A stretch of DNA of 64,000 bases. Origin: Alphaproteobacteria bacterium CG11_big_fil_rev_8_21_14_0_20_39_49 (GTDB lineage: Bacteria; Pseudomonadota; Alphaproteobacteria; Rickettsiales; UBA6187). Position numbers and translations under genes: made by a program. Positions 28,334-36,236 of the stretch are shown here, one piece after another (positions within the stretch are counted from its first letter, which is position 1; every line of letters starts with the position of its first letter). The stretch spans positions 68,869-132,868 of the forward strand of contig PCXK01000015.1 in the NCBI GenBank assembly GCA_002787635.1. The letters are read 5' to 3'. The notes below the pieces were generated by a model. That model ran no database searches. It was not told the origin of the DNA and saw only the letters and a list, made by a program, of their open reading frames with translations.

Positions 28334-28720
28334 ATGGCGTATAGTGAGAAAGTTATAGATCATTATGATAACCCGCGTAATGTCGGTTCGTTCGACAAGA
28401 GCGAGGAAGGAGTGGGTACGGGCTTAGTCGGTGCTCCTGCTTGTGGTGACGTAATGAAACTACAGATAAAAGTTAAAGACGGTGTAATAGAAGACGCTAA
28501 GTTTAAAACATTCGGCTGTGGCTCTGCTATTGCCTCATCTTCGCTTATTACCGAAATGGTAAAAGGCAAAAAACTAGACGAAGCACAGCAGATTAAGAAC
28601 ACCCAAATAGCCGGCGAGCTTTCATTGCCTCCGGTTAAGATACACTGTTCGGTTCTGGCTGAGGACGCTATTAAGGCGGCTATTGAGGATTATAAGAAAA
28701 ATAATGGAGGAGTAGCGTAA
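28334..28720 (+). CDS. iscU: Fe-S cluster scaffold protein IscU
   Basis: MAYSEKVIDHYDNPRNVGS...GAPACGDVMKLQI...FKTFGCGSAIASSS...LPPVKIHCSVLAEDA. Confidence 0.95.
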   Translation: MAYSEKVIDHYDNPRNVGSFDKSEEGVGTGLVGAPACGDVMKLQIKVKDGVIEDAKFKTFGCGSAIASSSLITEMVKGKKLDEAQQIKNTQIAGELSLPPVKIHCSVLAEDAIKAAIEDYKKNNGGVA

Positions 28721-28809
28721 TAGTAAAATAGTATAACGGTAGAAAAGTTTAATATTAATATGCTTTTCTGTTATACGGTTTTACTTAATTATACTATTAA
28801 ACTAAGAGT

Positions 28810-29163
28810 ATGGCTTTACCACCACCTATCAACATTACCGATAATGCGGCAGTCCGTATAAAGGCACTTCTTGAAAAAAGAGGCAAGCCTTCTGCGGGCA
28901 TAAAGGTTGGTGTGCGTTCGGGTGGATGTTCAGGGCTTTCTTATACGATAGAATATGCCGATGAGATAGAAAAGTTCGATGAGGTAGTGCCTTACCCTGA
29001 CTCTGACCGTGAGGAATTTAAAGTTATCATAGACCCCAAAGCGGTTATGTACCTTATAGGTACTAACATGGACTATGTAGAGGAAAAAATGAAGTCAGGC
29101 TTTATATTCATGAATCCTAATGAGAAAGGCAGATGTGGATGTGGTGAAAGCTTCCACGTTTAA
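28810..29163 (+). CDS. iscA: A-type Fe-S carrier (IscA/HesB family)
   Basis: GGCSGLSY...NPNEKGRCGCGESFHV, the C-terminal Cys motif of the HesB/IscA family. Confidence 0.9.
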   Translation: MALPPPINITDNAAVRIKALLEKRGKPSAGIKVGVRSGGCSGLSYTIEYADEIEKFDEVVPYPDSDREEFKVIIDPKAVMYLIGTNMDYVEEKMKSGFIFMNPNEKGRCGCGESFHV

Positions 29164-29176
29164 TGATAATCTCATT

Positions 29177-29384
29177 TATAGAAGGCTCTGCAAAAGGGGT
29201 GTTTTTGTCGGTATATGGCTTAAAAAGTTCCCTCACCCGCTTGCGGGGGAGGGTTAGGGAGGGGGCGATGACTTGCGGTAAAACAAATAGTTGTAAGTAC
29301 AAAAACCCCTCACAAAACACTATCGTGTTTTAACTCTCCCTCAAGGGGAGAGTAGTTTTTTAGGACTTTTGCAGAGGTTTCTAT
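29177..29384. repeat. Palindromic repeat family B, copy B2 (between iscA and hscB)
   Basis: Termini tatagaaggctctgcaaaag / cttttgcagaggtttctat are inverted repeats. The interior ccctcacccgcttgcgggggagggttagggaggggg...cccctcacaaaacactatcgtgttttaactctccctcaaggggagagtagtttttt is shared with B1 and B3. Confidence 0.7.
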
Positions 29385-29499
29385 GGTAAATTTGAATTTA
29401 ATTTACGCATATATGTCATTCTGAACTTGTTTCAGAATCTGACCGGAATATAAAAGAGGCTGAAACATTTGCCCGTGAAAATTCAGATAAAATGTTAAA

Positions 29500-30096
29500 A
29501 TGACTAAATGCTGGAAATGTGAAAATGAAGTGAGAAAAGGGGGAATGTTCTGCCCTGCCTGCAAGACTGTTCAGCCTACGTCCGATGTAGACCACTTCAC
29601 ACGTCTTGATGTAAGCCGTTCGTTTGAAGTTGGTGAAAAAATACTTGAGCTGGCATATTATTCAAAACAACGCATGCTACACCCTGACATATTTATCAGG
29701 AAAAGCGAACAGGAAAAAAAATACTCCATGGGTCATGCCGTAGACTTAAATAACGCATATGAAACATTGAAGTCACCACTGAAACGTGCCGAGTATCTAT
29801 TAAAACTAGAAGGTATTATTGTTAATCAGGATAATTCTAGCAGTGTTAAGCCCTCGCAGGAAATGCTTATGGAATCTTTACAAATGCGTGAAGAACTTGA
29901 AAATGCGACTAATTCCGACCGGATAAGGAAGTTTATGGTAAATGCCATAGATGAAAGAATGGCGACGATTGATGATATAAAAAAATATTTCGTGAACAGA
30001 CAATTGGATAAGGCTGCACAAAGTACCATAAAACTTAGATATATGGAAAAATATATTGAAGAGATAAAGAAGAAAAGTGTAAAGCTGGCTTCTTGA
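29500..30096 (+). CDS. hscB: Fe-S co-chaperone HscB (J-domain) with an N-terminal Cys4 motif
   Basis: CWKC-x10-CPAC, then a J-domain with HPD (QRMLHPDIF), then a C-terminal helical domain. It sits between iscA and hscA. Confidence 0.85.
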   Translation: MTKCWKCENEVRKGGMFCPACKTVQPTSDVDHFTRLDVSRSFEVGEKILELAYYSKQRMLHPDIFIRKSEQEKKYSMGHAVDLNNAYETLKSPLKRAEYLLKLEGIIVNQDNSSSVKPSQEMLMESLQMREELENATNSDRIRKFMVNAIDERMATIDDIKKYFVNRQLDKAAQSTIKLRYMEKYIEEIKKKSVKLAS

Positions 30097-30118
30097 AGTA
30101 GGAACAAAAGGAAATAAA

Positions 30119-31969
30119 ATGACATTACTACAAATCCACGAACCGGGACAGACTCCAAATCCGCATGAAAGCGATGATGATATCGCTATCGGTATAGATT
30201 TGGGTACTACCAATTCACTGGTAGCCGTATCGGACGGTCAAAAACCGCAGGTAATCGCAGATGATAACGGTAATAAGATACACCCTTCGGTGGTGCAATA
30301 TTTGGCAGCCGGAAAAGTTGTTACAGGATATATTGATAATACCGAAGAAGGGCAAATAATAAGCTCCATAAAAAGATTGATGGGGCGTGGGTCGGAAGAT
30401 TTAAAAAAAACCTCGAACACACTGCCTTTTGAAGTGGTGCAAGGTGAGGGAATGGTGCGTATCCGTGTGGGTGAGAAAGAGTTAACCCCTGTAGAGATAT
30501 CGGCTGAAATTTTAAAAAGTCTAAAAAAAATAGCCAGAAATGCACTTGGAAAAGATGTGAGCAAGGCTGTTATCACAGTGCCTGCATATTTTGATGATTC
30601 TGCCAGAGCCGCCACCAAAGATGCCGCTAAGCTGGCGGGATTGCAGGTGTTAAGGCTCATAAATGAACCTACTGCCGCAGCACTTGCCTATGGGCTTGAT
30701 AAGCAGGCGGAGGGTACTTACGCTATATATGACTTAGGCGGCGGAACGTTTGACATTACCGTTTTAAAAATGGAAAAAGGGGTGTTTCAAGTGCTATCAA
30801 CAGGAGGTAGTACGGCGATAGGCGGTGATGATTTTGACAGGGAAATAGCCGAAATATTCCTTTGGCAGTATAAAGCAAAAACCGATAAGGCTACGGAGCT
30901 AAAACCCGAGGAACTCAGAAAGATATTGAAAGTTGCCAGAACTGCCAAAGAGCATTTGAGCGATGATAGCGATGGTAAATTCAATATTGAAATTGAAGGG
31001 GATAAGTTTGAAGCACAAATTTCTAAAAGTGAATTTGAACGTGTGGCAATGCCTTATGCCGATGCTACTATTGAGCTTTGTAAGCTGGCACTGGACGATG
31101 CGGGACTGACCCGAAAAGATATTGACGGTGTTGTACTGGTGGGTGGTTCTACAAGAGTGCCTCTTATCAGGGAAAAAATAGGGGAATATTTCGGTAAAAC
31201 ACCGCTTGCCGATATCAATCCCGACGAGGTGGTTGCATGCGGTGCGGCATTACAGGCGGAAGGGCTTACTAAAGGTTCGGATAACCTGCTGCTTGATGTT
31301 CTGCCGTTATCGCTCGGTATTGAAACTATGGGCGGAATAGTCGAGAAGATAATCCACAGGAATACCCCGATACCTGTTGCAAAAGCTCAGGAATTTACCA
31401 CTTATAAGGATAACCAGACAGGTATGCCGATACATGTTGTGCAGGGTGAGCGTGAGATGGTAAGTCAGAACAGGTCACTGGCTAAATTTGAACTAAAAGG
31501 TATTCCGCCGATGGTAGCAGGTGCTGCAAGAGTTAAGGTAACTTTTACCGTTGATGCAGACGGTTTGCTTACGGTTAGTGCAAAAGAAGAATTTACAGGC
31601 GAAGAACAGCAGGTTGAGGTTAAACCAAGCTACGGTCTTACCGACGAGGAAATAAAAGAAATGCTTTATGCCTCTATGGCAAATGCTAAAGTTGATATGG
31701 AACAAAGGTTGCTTGCGGAGGCTAAAGTTGAGGCAGAAGGGACTATAGAATCGGTTAAAGCTGCACTTGAAAAAGACGGCGATATGCTTGCGATTGATGA
31801 AAAAGAAAAGATAGATAATGCATTAAAAGCATTACTGGAGTCTATAAAGGGCGATAATCGTGAGGCTGTAAATGATGCCAGAGATGCCCTTGAAAAAGCT
31901 ACCGAGAAGTTTGCCGGACAAAGAATGGATATGTATATAGGCGAGGCATTGAAGGGAAAAGAGGTTTAG
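30119..31969 (+). CDS. hscA: Fe-S chaperone HscA (Hsp70 family)
   Basis: IGIDLGTTNSLVA, DLGGGTFD, VLVGGSTRVPL, 616 aa, follows hscB. Confidence 0.95.
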   Translation: MTLLQIHEPGQTPNPHESDDDIAIGIDLGTTNSLVAVSDGQKPQVIADDNGNKIHPSVVQYLAAGKVVTGYIDNTEEGQIISSIKRLMGRGSEDLKKTSNTLPFEVVQGEGMVRIRVGEKELTPVEISAEILKSLKKIARNALGKDVSKAVITVPAYFDDSARAATKDAAKLAGLQVLRLINEPTAAALAYGLDKQAEGTYAIYDLGGGTFDITVLKMEKGVFQVLSTGGSTAIGGDDFDREIAEIFLWQYKAKTDKATELKPEELRKILKVARTAKEHLSDDSDGKFNIEIEGDKFEAQISKSEFERVAMPYADATIELCKLALDDAGLTRKDIDGVVLVGGSTRVPLIREKIGEYFGKTPLADINPDEVVACGAALQAEGLTKGSDNLLLDVLPLSLGIETMGGIVEKIIHRNTPIPVAKAQEFTTYKDNQTGMPIHVVQGEREMVSQNRSLAKFELKGIPPMVAGAARVKVTFTVDADGLLTVSAKEEFTGEEQQVEVKPSYGLTDEEIKEMLYASMANAKVDMEQRLLAEAKVEAEGTIESVKAALEKDGDMLAIDEKEKIDNALKALLESIKGDNREAVNDARDALEKATEKFAGQRMDMYIGEALKGKEV

Positions 31970-31985
31970 CCGTATTCAAAAATCA

Positions 31986-32218
31986 CTTCCGTACCATAAG
32001 TTATTATCCCGTGTGACAAAAAATAAAGAATAAAAAGTAAAAAACTACTCTCCCCTTGAGGGATAGTTAAAAACACAAAGTAAGACCTCTGCATAATGCA
32101 AATAAAACTCGTCATTACCCGAATTGCCAAAGGCAATTATAGGGTAATCTCACCAGAATCGCCCTATAATTTGTTTCACAAATTCAGGCAATGACGTATT
32201 ATGCAGAGGCTTCTATAG
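31986..32218. repeat. Composite/nested repeat: a short family-B-like element carrying a family C copy (C2, 32110-32196)
   Basis: The sequence cttccgtaccat...aaaaaactactctccccttgagggatagttaaaaacacaaagt is followed by agacctctgcataatgc-[C2]-attatgcagaggcttctatag. The C copy sits exactly between the inverted B-type termini. Confidence 0.6.
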
Positions 32219-32259
32219 TGTTTCTATTTTCTTGGATTTCTAATCAAGTTTGGCATGAT

Positions 32260-32290
32260 AAAAAAAGCCCCGTCAATAACGGGGCTTTTA
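32260..32290 (-). terminator. Rho-independent terminator (bidirectional shape; strongest for the minus-strand BI-1 gene)
   Basis: On the + strand aaaaaaagccccg-tcaataa-cggggctttt. The minus-strand reading has a 7-U tract after the stem. Confidence 0.6.
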
Positions 32291-32316
32291 AAGTATTTTT
32301 GTAATTTAGGTTTTTG

Positions 32317-33054
32317 TTACCTTCTTTCTCCGACAAACTGTAGAATGTGGATAAATATGTTGATAAATTTCAGGTACAATGATAAAGCACCCGATATCGC
32401 AACTTTACCCATCATTTCACTATGTCCGGCTACCTGATGGTATGTATGTTTCAGTCTTTGCGTATCATATGCCGTTAAAGCTGTGAATATCAATACGGCG
32501 ATTACCGATACCGCAAAATGTAAAGCCGAGCTTTGCATAAATATGTTAACAACTGACGCAATAATAATACCTATCAGACCCATGAACAGGAATGAACCCC
32601 AGCCTGAAAGGTCTTTCTTGGTAGTATAGCCGTAAAGGCTCATAGAACCGAATGTAGCGGCAGTTATAAAGAAAGCCCTAGCTACGCTTGTCGGGGTATA
32701 AGCCAGCATTATGGTGGAATATGAAATTCCCATTACTGCCGCAAATGCCCAGAAAAGTGCTTGTAGCGTACCGAATGACAGTTTGTTCATACCGAATGAG
32801 AATACCAGAATAAAAGCAAGCGGAGCAAGCATTACCAACCATTTAAGACCGCTGCCGAATATAGCATTCATCAAAGGCTCACTTGAAGCTACCGCAAATG
32901 CGGTTACGCCTGTTAACGCAAGTGCTAGTGCCATATAGTTATATATCCTCAGCATATATGACCTTAATCCCTGATCATATGCCGCAGAAGAAGTTGAGCC
33001 TACTGTCCTCATGTTATTCTGCGTGTTAAACTCAGACATTTTTTTAAAGTTCAT
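32317..33054 (-). CDS. Bax inhibitor-1/YccA-family membrane protein
   Basis: Seven hydrophobic segments, N-terminal ...YDQGLRSYMLRIYNYMALAL and the C-terminal basic end typical of the family. The start could be the internal Met at residue 6. Confidence 0.85.
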   Translation of the reverse strand: MNFKKMSEFNTQNNMRTVGSTSSAAYDQGLRSYMLRIYNYMALALALTGVTAFAVASSEPLMNAIFGSGLKWLVMLAPLAFILVFSFGMNKLSFGTLQALFWAFAAVMGISYSTIMLAYTPTSVARAFFITAATFGSMSLYGYTTKKDLSGWGSFLFMGLIGIIIASVVNIFMQSSALHFAVSVIAVLIFTALTAYDTQRLKHTYHQVAGHSEMMGKVAISGALSLYLKFINIFIHILQFVGERR

Positions 33055-33283
33055 TTTAGTTACCTTCCTTAAGTTGTTTGTTACTCACATACTATTATAT
33101 AGTAATTTACTAAGGTATTTCAAGTGGAATCGGATTAAAAGTATTTAAGTTGTGTAAAAGTTCATCAATTCGGTTCTAAATTAATTAATCATTTGCACAG
33201 GTATTTTATTTTAAACTAGCCATTATACGGTTATCGGTAGTGCTTTTTGTCTTAACAGGGTAACCTGTCATATCAAGTTCCGA

Positions 33284-34573
33284 CTATGAAATTAAAAGTT
33301 TATTCTGCCTGCTCAATATAACTTTCTCTACTGAACCGGTCTTTTTATGAGCTGCTTTTTTTATTTTGCCTTTTTCTTCGCTGTCTTTAAGCAATTTTTC
33401 ACCGAGTTTTAGGTTATCAAGCGTAGCATCTTTGTCCTCAAATACTTTTTGTCGGGCTTCGTTTTTTTTGCCGTTCTTTAGTATTTCGTCCAGTTTTTTA
33501 CTTAAATATTCTTTCTTAACTATTTCACCGACATGTTCTTGTTGCTTATATTCACCGGTTTCTTTTTCTTTAACATGTCTCAAACCGGAGGCAACGCCTT
33601 CACCTTTTTGTTGTATTTGCTGTGTTGCCGCTTGCTTGTTGTAGTTAGTTTCAGCCGCCTTTGCCAACCCTTTTAATATATTACGTTCAAACTGTGCGTT
33701 ATCGAACTCAGGGTGGAACTGCGTCTGAATTATAGGAGCTCCATATTTTGATTCGTATCCTTCAACTATTTTTTCTTTTGGTTCTGCGGCGGAAATTTCA
33801 AATCCTGCCTTGTCTAATATTTTCTTATTTTCGGGACTTATTAAAACACCCTGAGTATGTATGCTGTTAACGGCTATTGTTGGGTTCGGCGAATCCTTAC
33901 TTAAAGATTTTCTTATGTCCTTGGGCAGGTATCCGGCTAACATGGAGCCTTTATCTACGATAATTTCATGCGAATGTACCTCGCCTGAGCTTTTTCCTTC
34001 AAATTTAGGATTATGGTCATGCCCCGTTCTTTGCTCAACATCATTGACGATTTGAGCACCTGCAAAATGTGCTATATGCTGTTCCGTACCGCAAACACCG
34101 AGGGCAGGTATTCCACGGTCTTTAACGATACTGTAAAAAGCCTTCTCAAAATACATTCTATCGGGGTTTTCATTAATACCCGGTTCAACTACGTTTTTAA
34201 CATCGCCCGGAGCTGCCACAGCGTTAATACCTTGTATAGAGGGGTAGTTAGTCAGAAATTCCTTTAATTTTGCACCCGGACTTTTTGTAGACTCCATATC
34301 AGGCGTTTCAACATCTATATTAGGAGCGGTAACTACACCGTTTATTTCTTTTTTAGGAGGATATTGTTCTAAAAGCTGTGCGTAGGTTTCAGCATTTCCC
34401 TTTTTGAATTCGTCCATTATTTTTTCGACTTCCAAAGGTCTGACTTCGCAATCTACACCACAATCCGCAGCACTTTCCCGCAAATTATCCATATACATTT
34501 GATTAGTTTTTCGACCTTCGATGAACACAAAGCCTATAACAGGTTTACCGGAATTATTTTCTTTCATAAACAA
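33284..34573 (-). CDS. Class I glutamine amidotransferase-like / peptidase C26-like protein with a roughly 110-aa Lys/Glu-rich C-terminal tail
   Basis: Nucleophile-elbow-like LGVCGTEQHIAHFAG, VNSIHTQGV and IQTQFHPEF resemble the C26 motifs GICRGxQ / NSxHHQ / QWHPE. N- and C-terminal extensions are unrecognised. Confidence 0.55.
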   Translation of the reverse strand: MFMKENNSGKPVIGFVFIEGRKTNQMYMDNLRESAADCGVDCEVRPLEVEKIMDEFKKGNAETYAQLLEQYPPKKEINGVVTAPNIDVETPDMESTKSPGAKLKEFLTNYPSIQGINAVAAPGDVKNVVEPGINENPDRMYFEKAFYSIVKDRGIPALGVCGTEQHIAHFAGAQIVNDVEQRTGHDHNPKFEGKSSGEVHSHEIIVDKGSMLAGYLPKDIRKSLSKDSPNPTIAVNSIHTQGVLISPENKKILDKAGFEISAAEPKEKIVEGYESKYGAPIIQTQFHPEFDNAQFERNILKGLAKAAETNYNKQAATQQIQQKGEGVASGLRHVKEKETGEYKQQEHVGEIVKKEYLSKKLDEILKNGKKNEARQKVFEDKDATLDNLKLGEKLLKDSEEKGKIKKAAHKKTGSVEKVILSRQNKLLIS

Positions 34574-34750
34574 GCCATATATAATTAATTTTTTAACTGT
34601 ATATGATTTTGTTTAAAAATTTATTACAAAATATAAAAAGTTAAAGGATTGATTTAAAAAGAAAAGCTTCCCATGTCAATCTAGGGTGATGGAAATATAT
34701 ACGCAATATAATTCTCGGTTTTATCCTGTGAAAATTACTATAAAATATTA

Positions 34751-34884
34751 CGGAATTGTAAGTTTTACGGTTGATGTGTCACCTGTGAACTTGTTTCAGG
34801 GGCGTTGCAAAATAAAATTAGATGCTAAAATAAATACAGCATGACAACTATTTTAGCACTAAAACCAATTAATGGGACATTCCG
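34751..34884. repeat. Repeat family A, full copy A1 (about 134 bp, MITE/RPE-like)
   Basis: cggaattgtaagtttt...gtgtcacctgtgaacttgtttcagg...gatgctaaaataaatacagcatgaca...gggacattccg has two internal hairpins and inverted termini. Confidence 0.65.
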
Positions 34885-34913
34885 AAAATTTATTATATAA
34901 TATACTGAAATTC

Positions 34914-36236
34914 TTATGCTCTTGAATCATTTAGTATTTGTCTGGCAAAAACCTTGCCTTCTTCAACGGCGGGCTGGTCAAAAGGGTTAAGTTCAAGAAG
35001 GTGAGCGGTAATGATAGTCTCAAGCATAAAATGAACCATTATTGTAGACAGTGTCTCCTCATTCATATTGCCGAATTTTATATGTCTTAGCGGACAGTTA
35101 TTCCGAGCTAATGTTTCGGCAGTTGCTTTTTGTAGGGCGGCATTAACATCACCTATGTTTTTGCCTTTTAGATATCTTGTATCATTATTTAGATAATTAC
35201 CGCTTATTTTAAGCCCTTTCTTTTCCGTATCACAGGTTATAAGGTTGAAAAGCTTATCCTTGGGGCCGTCTAAATATAGCTGCAACTGGCTGTGTTGGTC
35301 TAATGCTCCGATTGCCTTTATGGGAGTGTTGCCTTTCCCTTGCTTGCCTAGGCTTTCCGCCCATATTTGCCTGTACCATGTAGCAACCGCCGATAAGCGG
35401 TCAACATAGGGCATAATCACTGTTGCTGCCGTACCTTTTTGCATGAAAGAATACTGCAATGCCGCTCCCTGTACGGGAATGCTATTACTTTTGAAAAACG
35501 CCTCCACCGCAGCTTTGGCAAATTTCCTTATCTTCCTTATGTCAACTCCGGCTACAACGGCAGGTATCAGCCCTACATTGGTAAATGTCGAGAATCTGCC
35601 GCCTATATTTTTTTCGTGGTCGATAACGGTAGCACCTATCTGCTTGCCGATATCACGCAAAGGATTATCTACGGGATCGGATATTATATAAATATGCTTA
35701 CCTATGTCTAAATGCTCTTTTTCCAACGCATCTAAAAAACACATGAACTGTGCAAGAGTCTCAACGGTACTGCCTGACTTACTTGTAACCAAGAATGCTG
35801 TGCCTTCAAGGTCAAGCTGGGCTATAAATGACTCTATAGTATATGGGTCGACACTATCTATGAAATAAACCCTTTTATCTATTCCGTCATGCGGCTGGGC
35901 AAGGCATACCATGCTTTGAGGATTCAGTGTAGAACCGCCCGTTCCAAGCACCACCAACTCATCGAAGCTATCGCGTATCTGACTACCTATTCGTATGATA
36001 TTCTCAATATCATCAGCCTGTTCGATATGATTAAATATCGGAGAGTTGCCTTCATCTTTTTCCCGTCTTAACTTATCAAGAATATCAGATGCTTTTACAA
36101 GGTTCTTTTCAAACTCGTCCCTGCTCAGACCGTTATTACCTATCTTGTCTTCAAAACAATTATCTATATTTTGCTCGTAAGCCATACTATCTTCATGTTT
36201 TTTTAACTTAACTACCTTGTCACTACTCACTATCAC
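34914..36236 (-). CDS. pgi: Glucose-6-phosphate isomerase (short bacterial type)
   Basis: LGTGGSTLNPQ, VTSKSGSTVETL, GGRFS and the IWAESLGK region are PGI signatures. A GTG start overlaps the upstream stop (GTGA); an alternative ATG lies at 36185. Confidence 0.85.
   Translation of the reverse strand: MIVSSDKVVKLKKHEDSMAYEQNIDNCFEDKIGNNGLSRDEFEKNLVKASDILDKLRREKDEGNSPIFNHIEQADDIENIIRIGSQIRDSFDELVVLGTGGSTLNPQSMVCLAQPHDGIDKRVYFIDSVDPYTIESFIAQLDLEGTAFLVTSKSGSTVETLAQFMCFLDALEKEHLDIGKHIYIISDPVDNPLRDIGKQIGATVIDHEKNIGGRFSTFTNVGLIPAVVAGVDIRKIRKFAKAAVEAFFKSNSIPVQGAALQYSFMQKGTAATVIMPYVDRLSAVATWYRQIWAESLGKQGKGNTPIKAIGALDQHSQLQLYLDGPKDKLFNLITCDTEKKGLKISGNYLNNDTRYLKGKNIGDVNAALQKATAETLARNNCPLRHIKFGNMNEETLSTIMVHFMLETIITAHLLELNPFDQPAVEEGKVFARQILNDSRA

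Noticed and set aside
31970-32316. Missing ferredoxin gene (fdx) after hscA
   Set aside because: The space after hscA is filled by repeats, and no fdx-like ORF is present. However, fdx may simply be elsewhere, so absence cannot be judged from one window.
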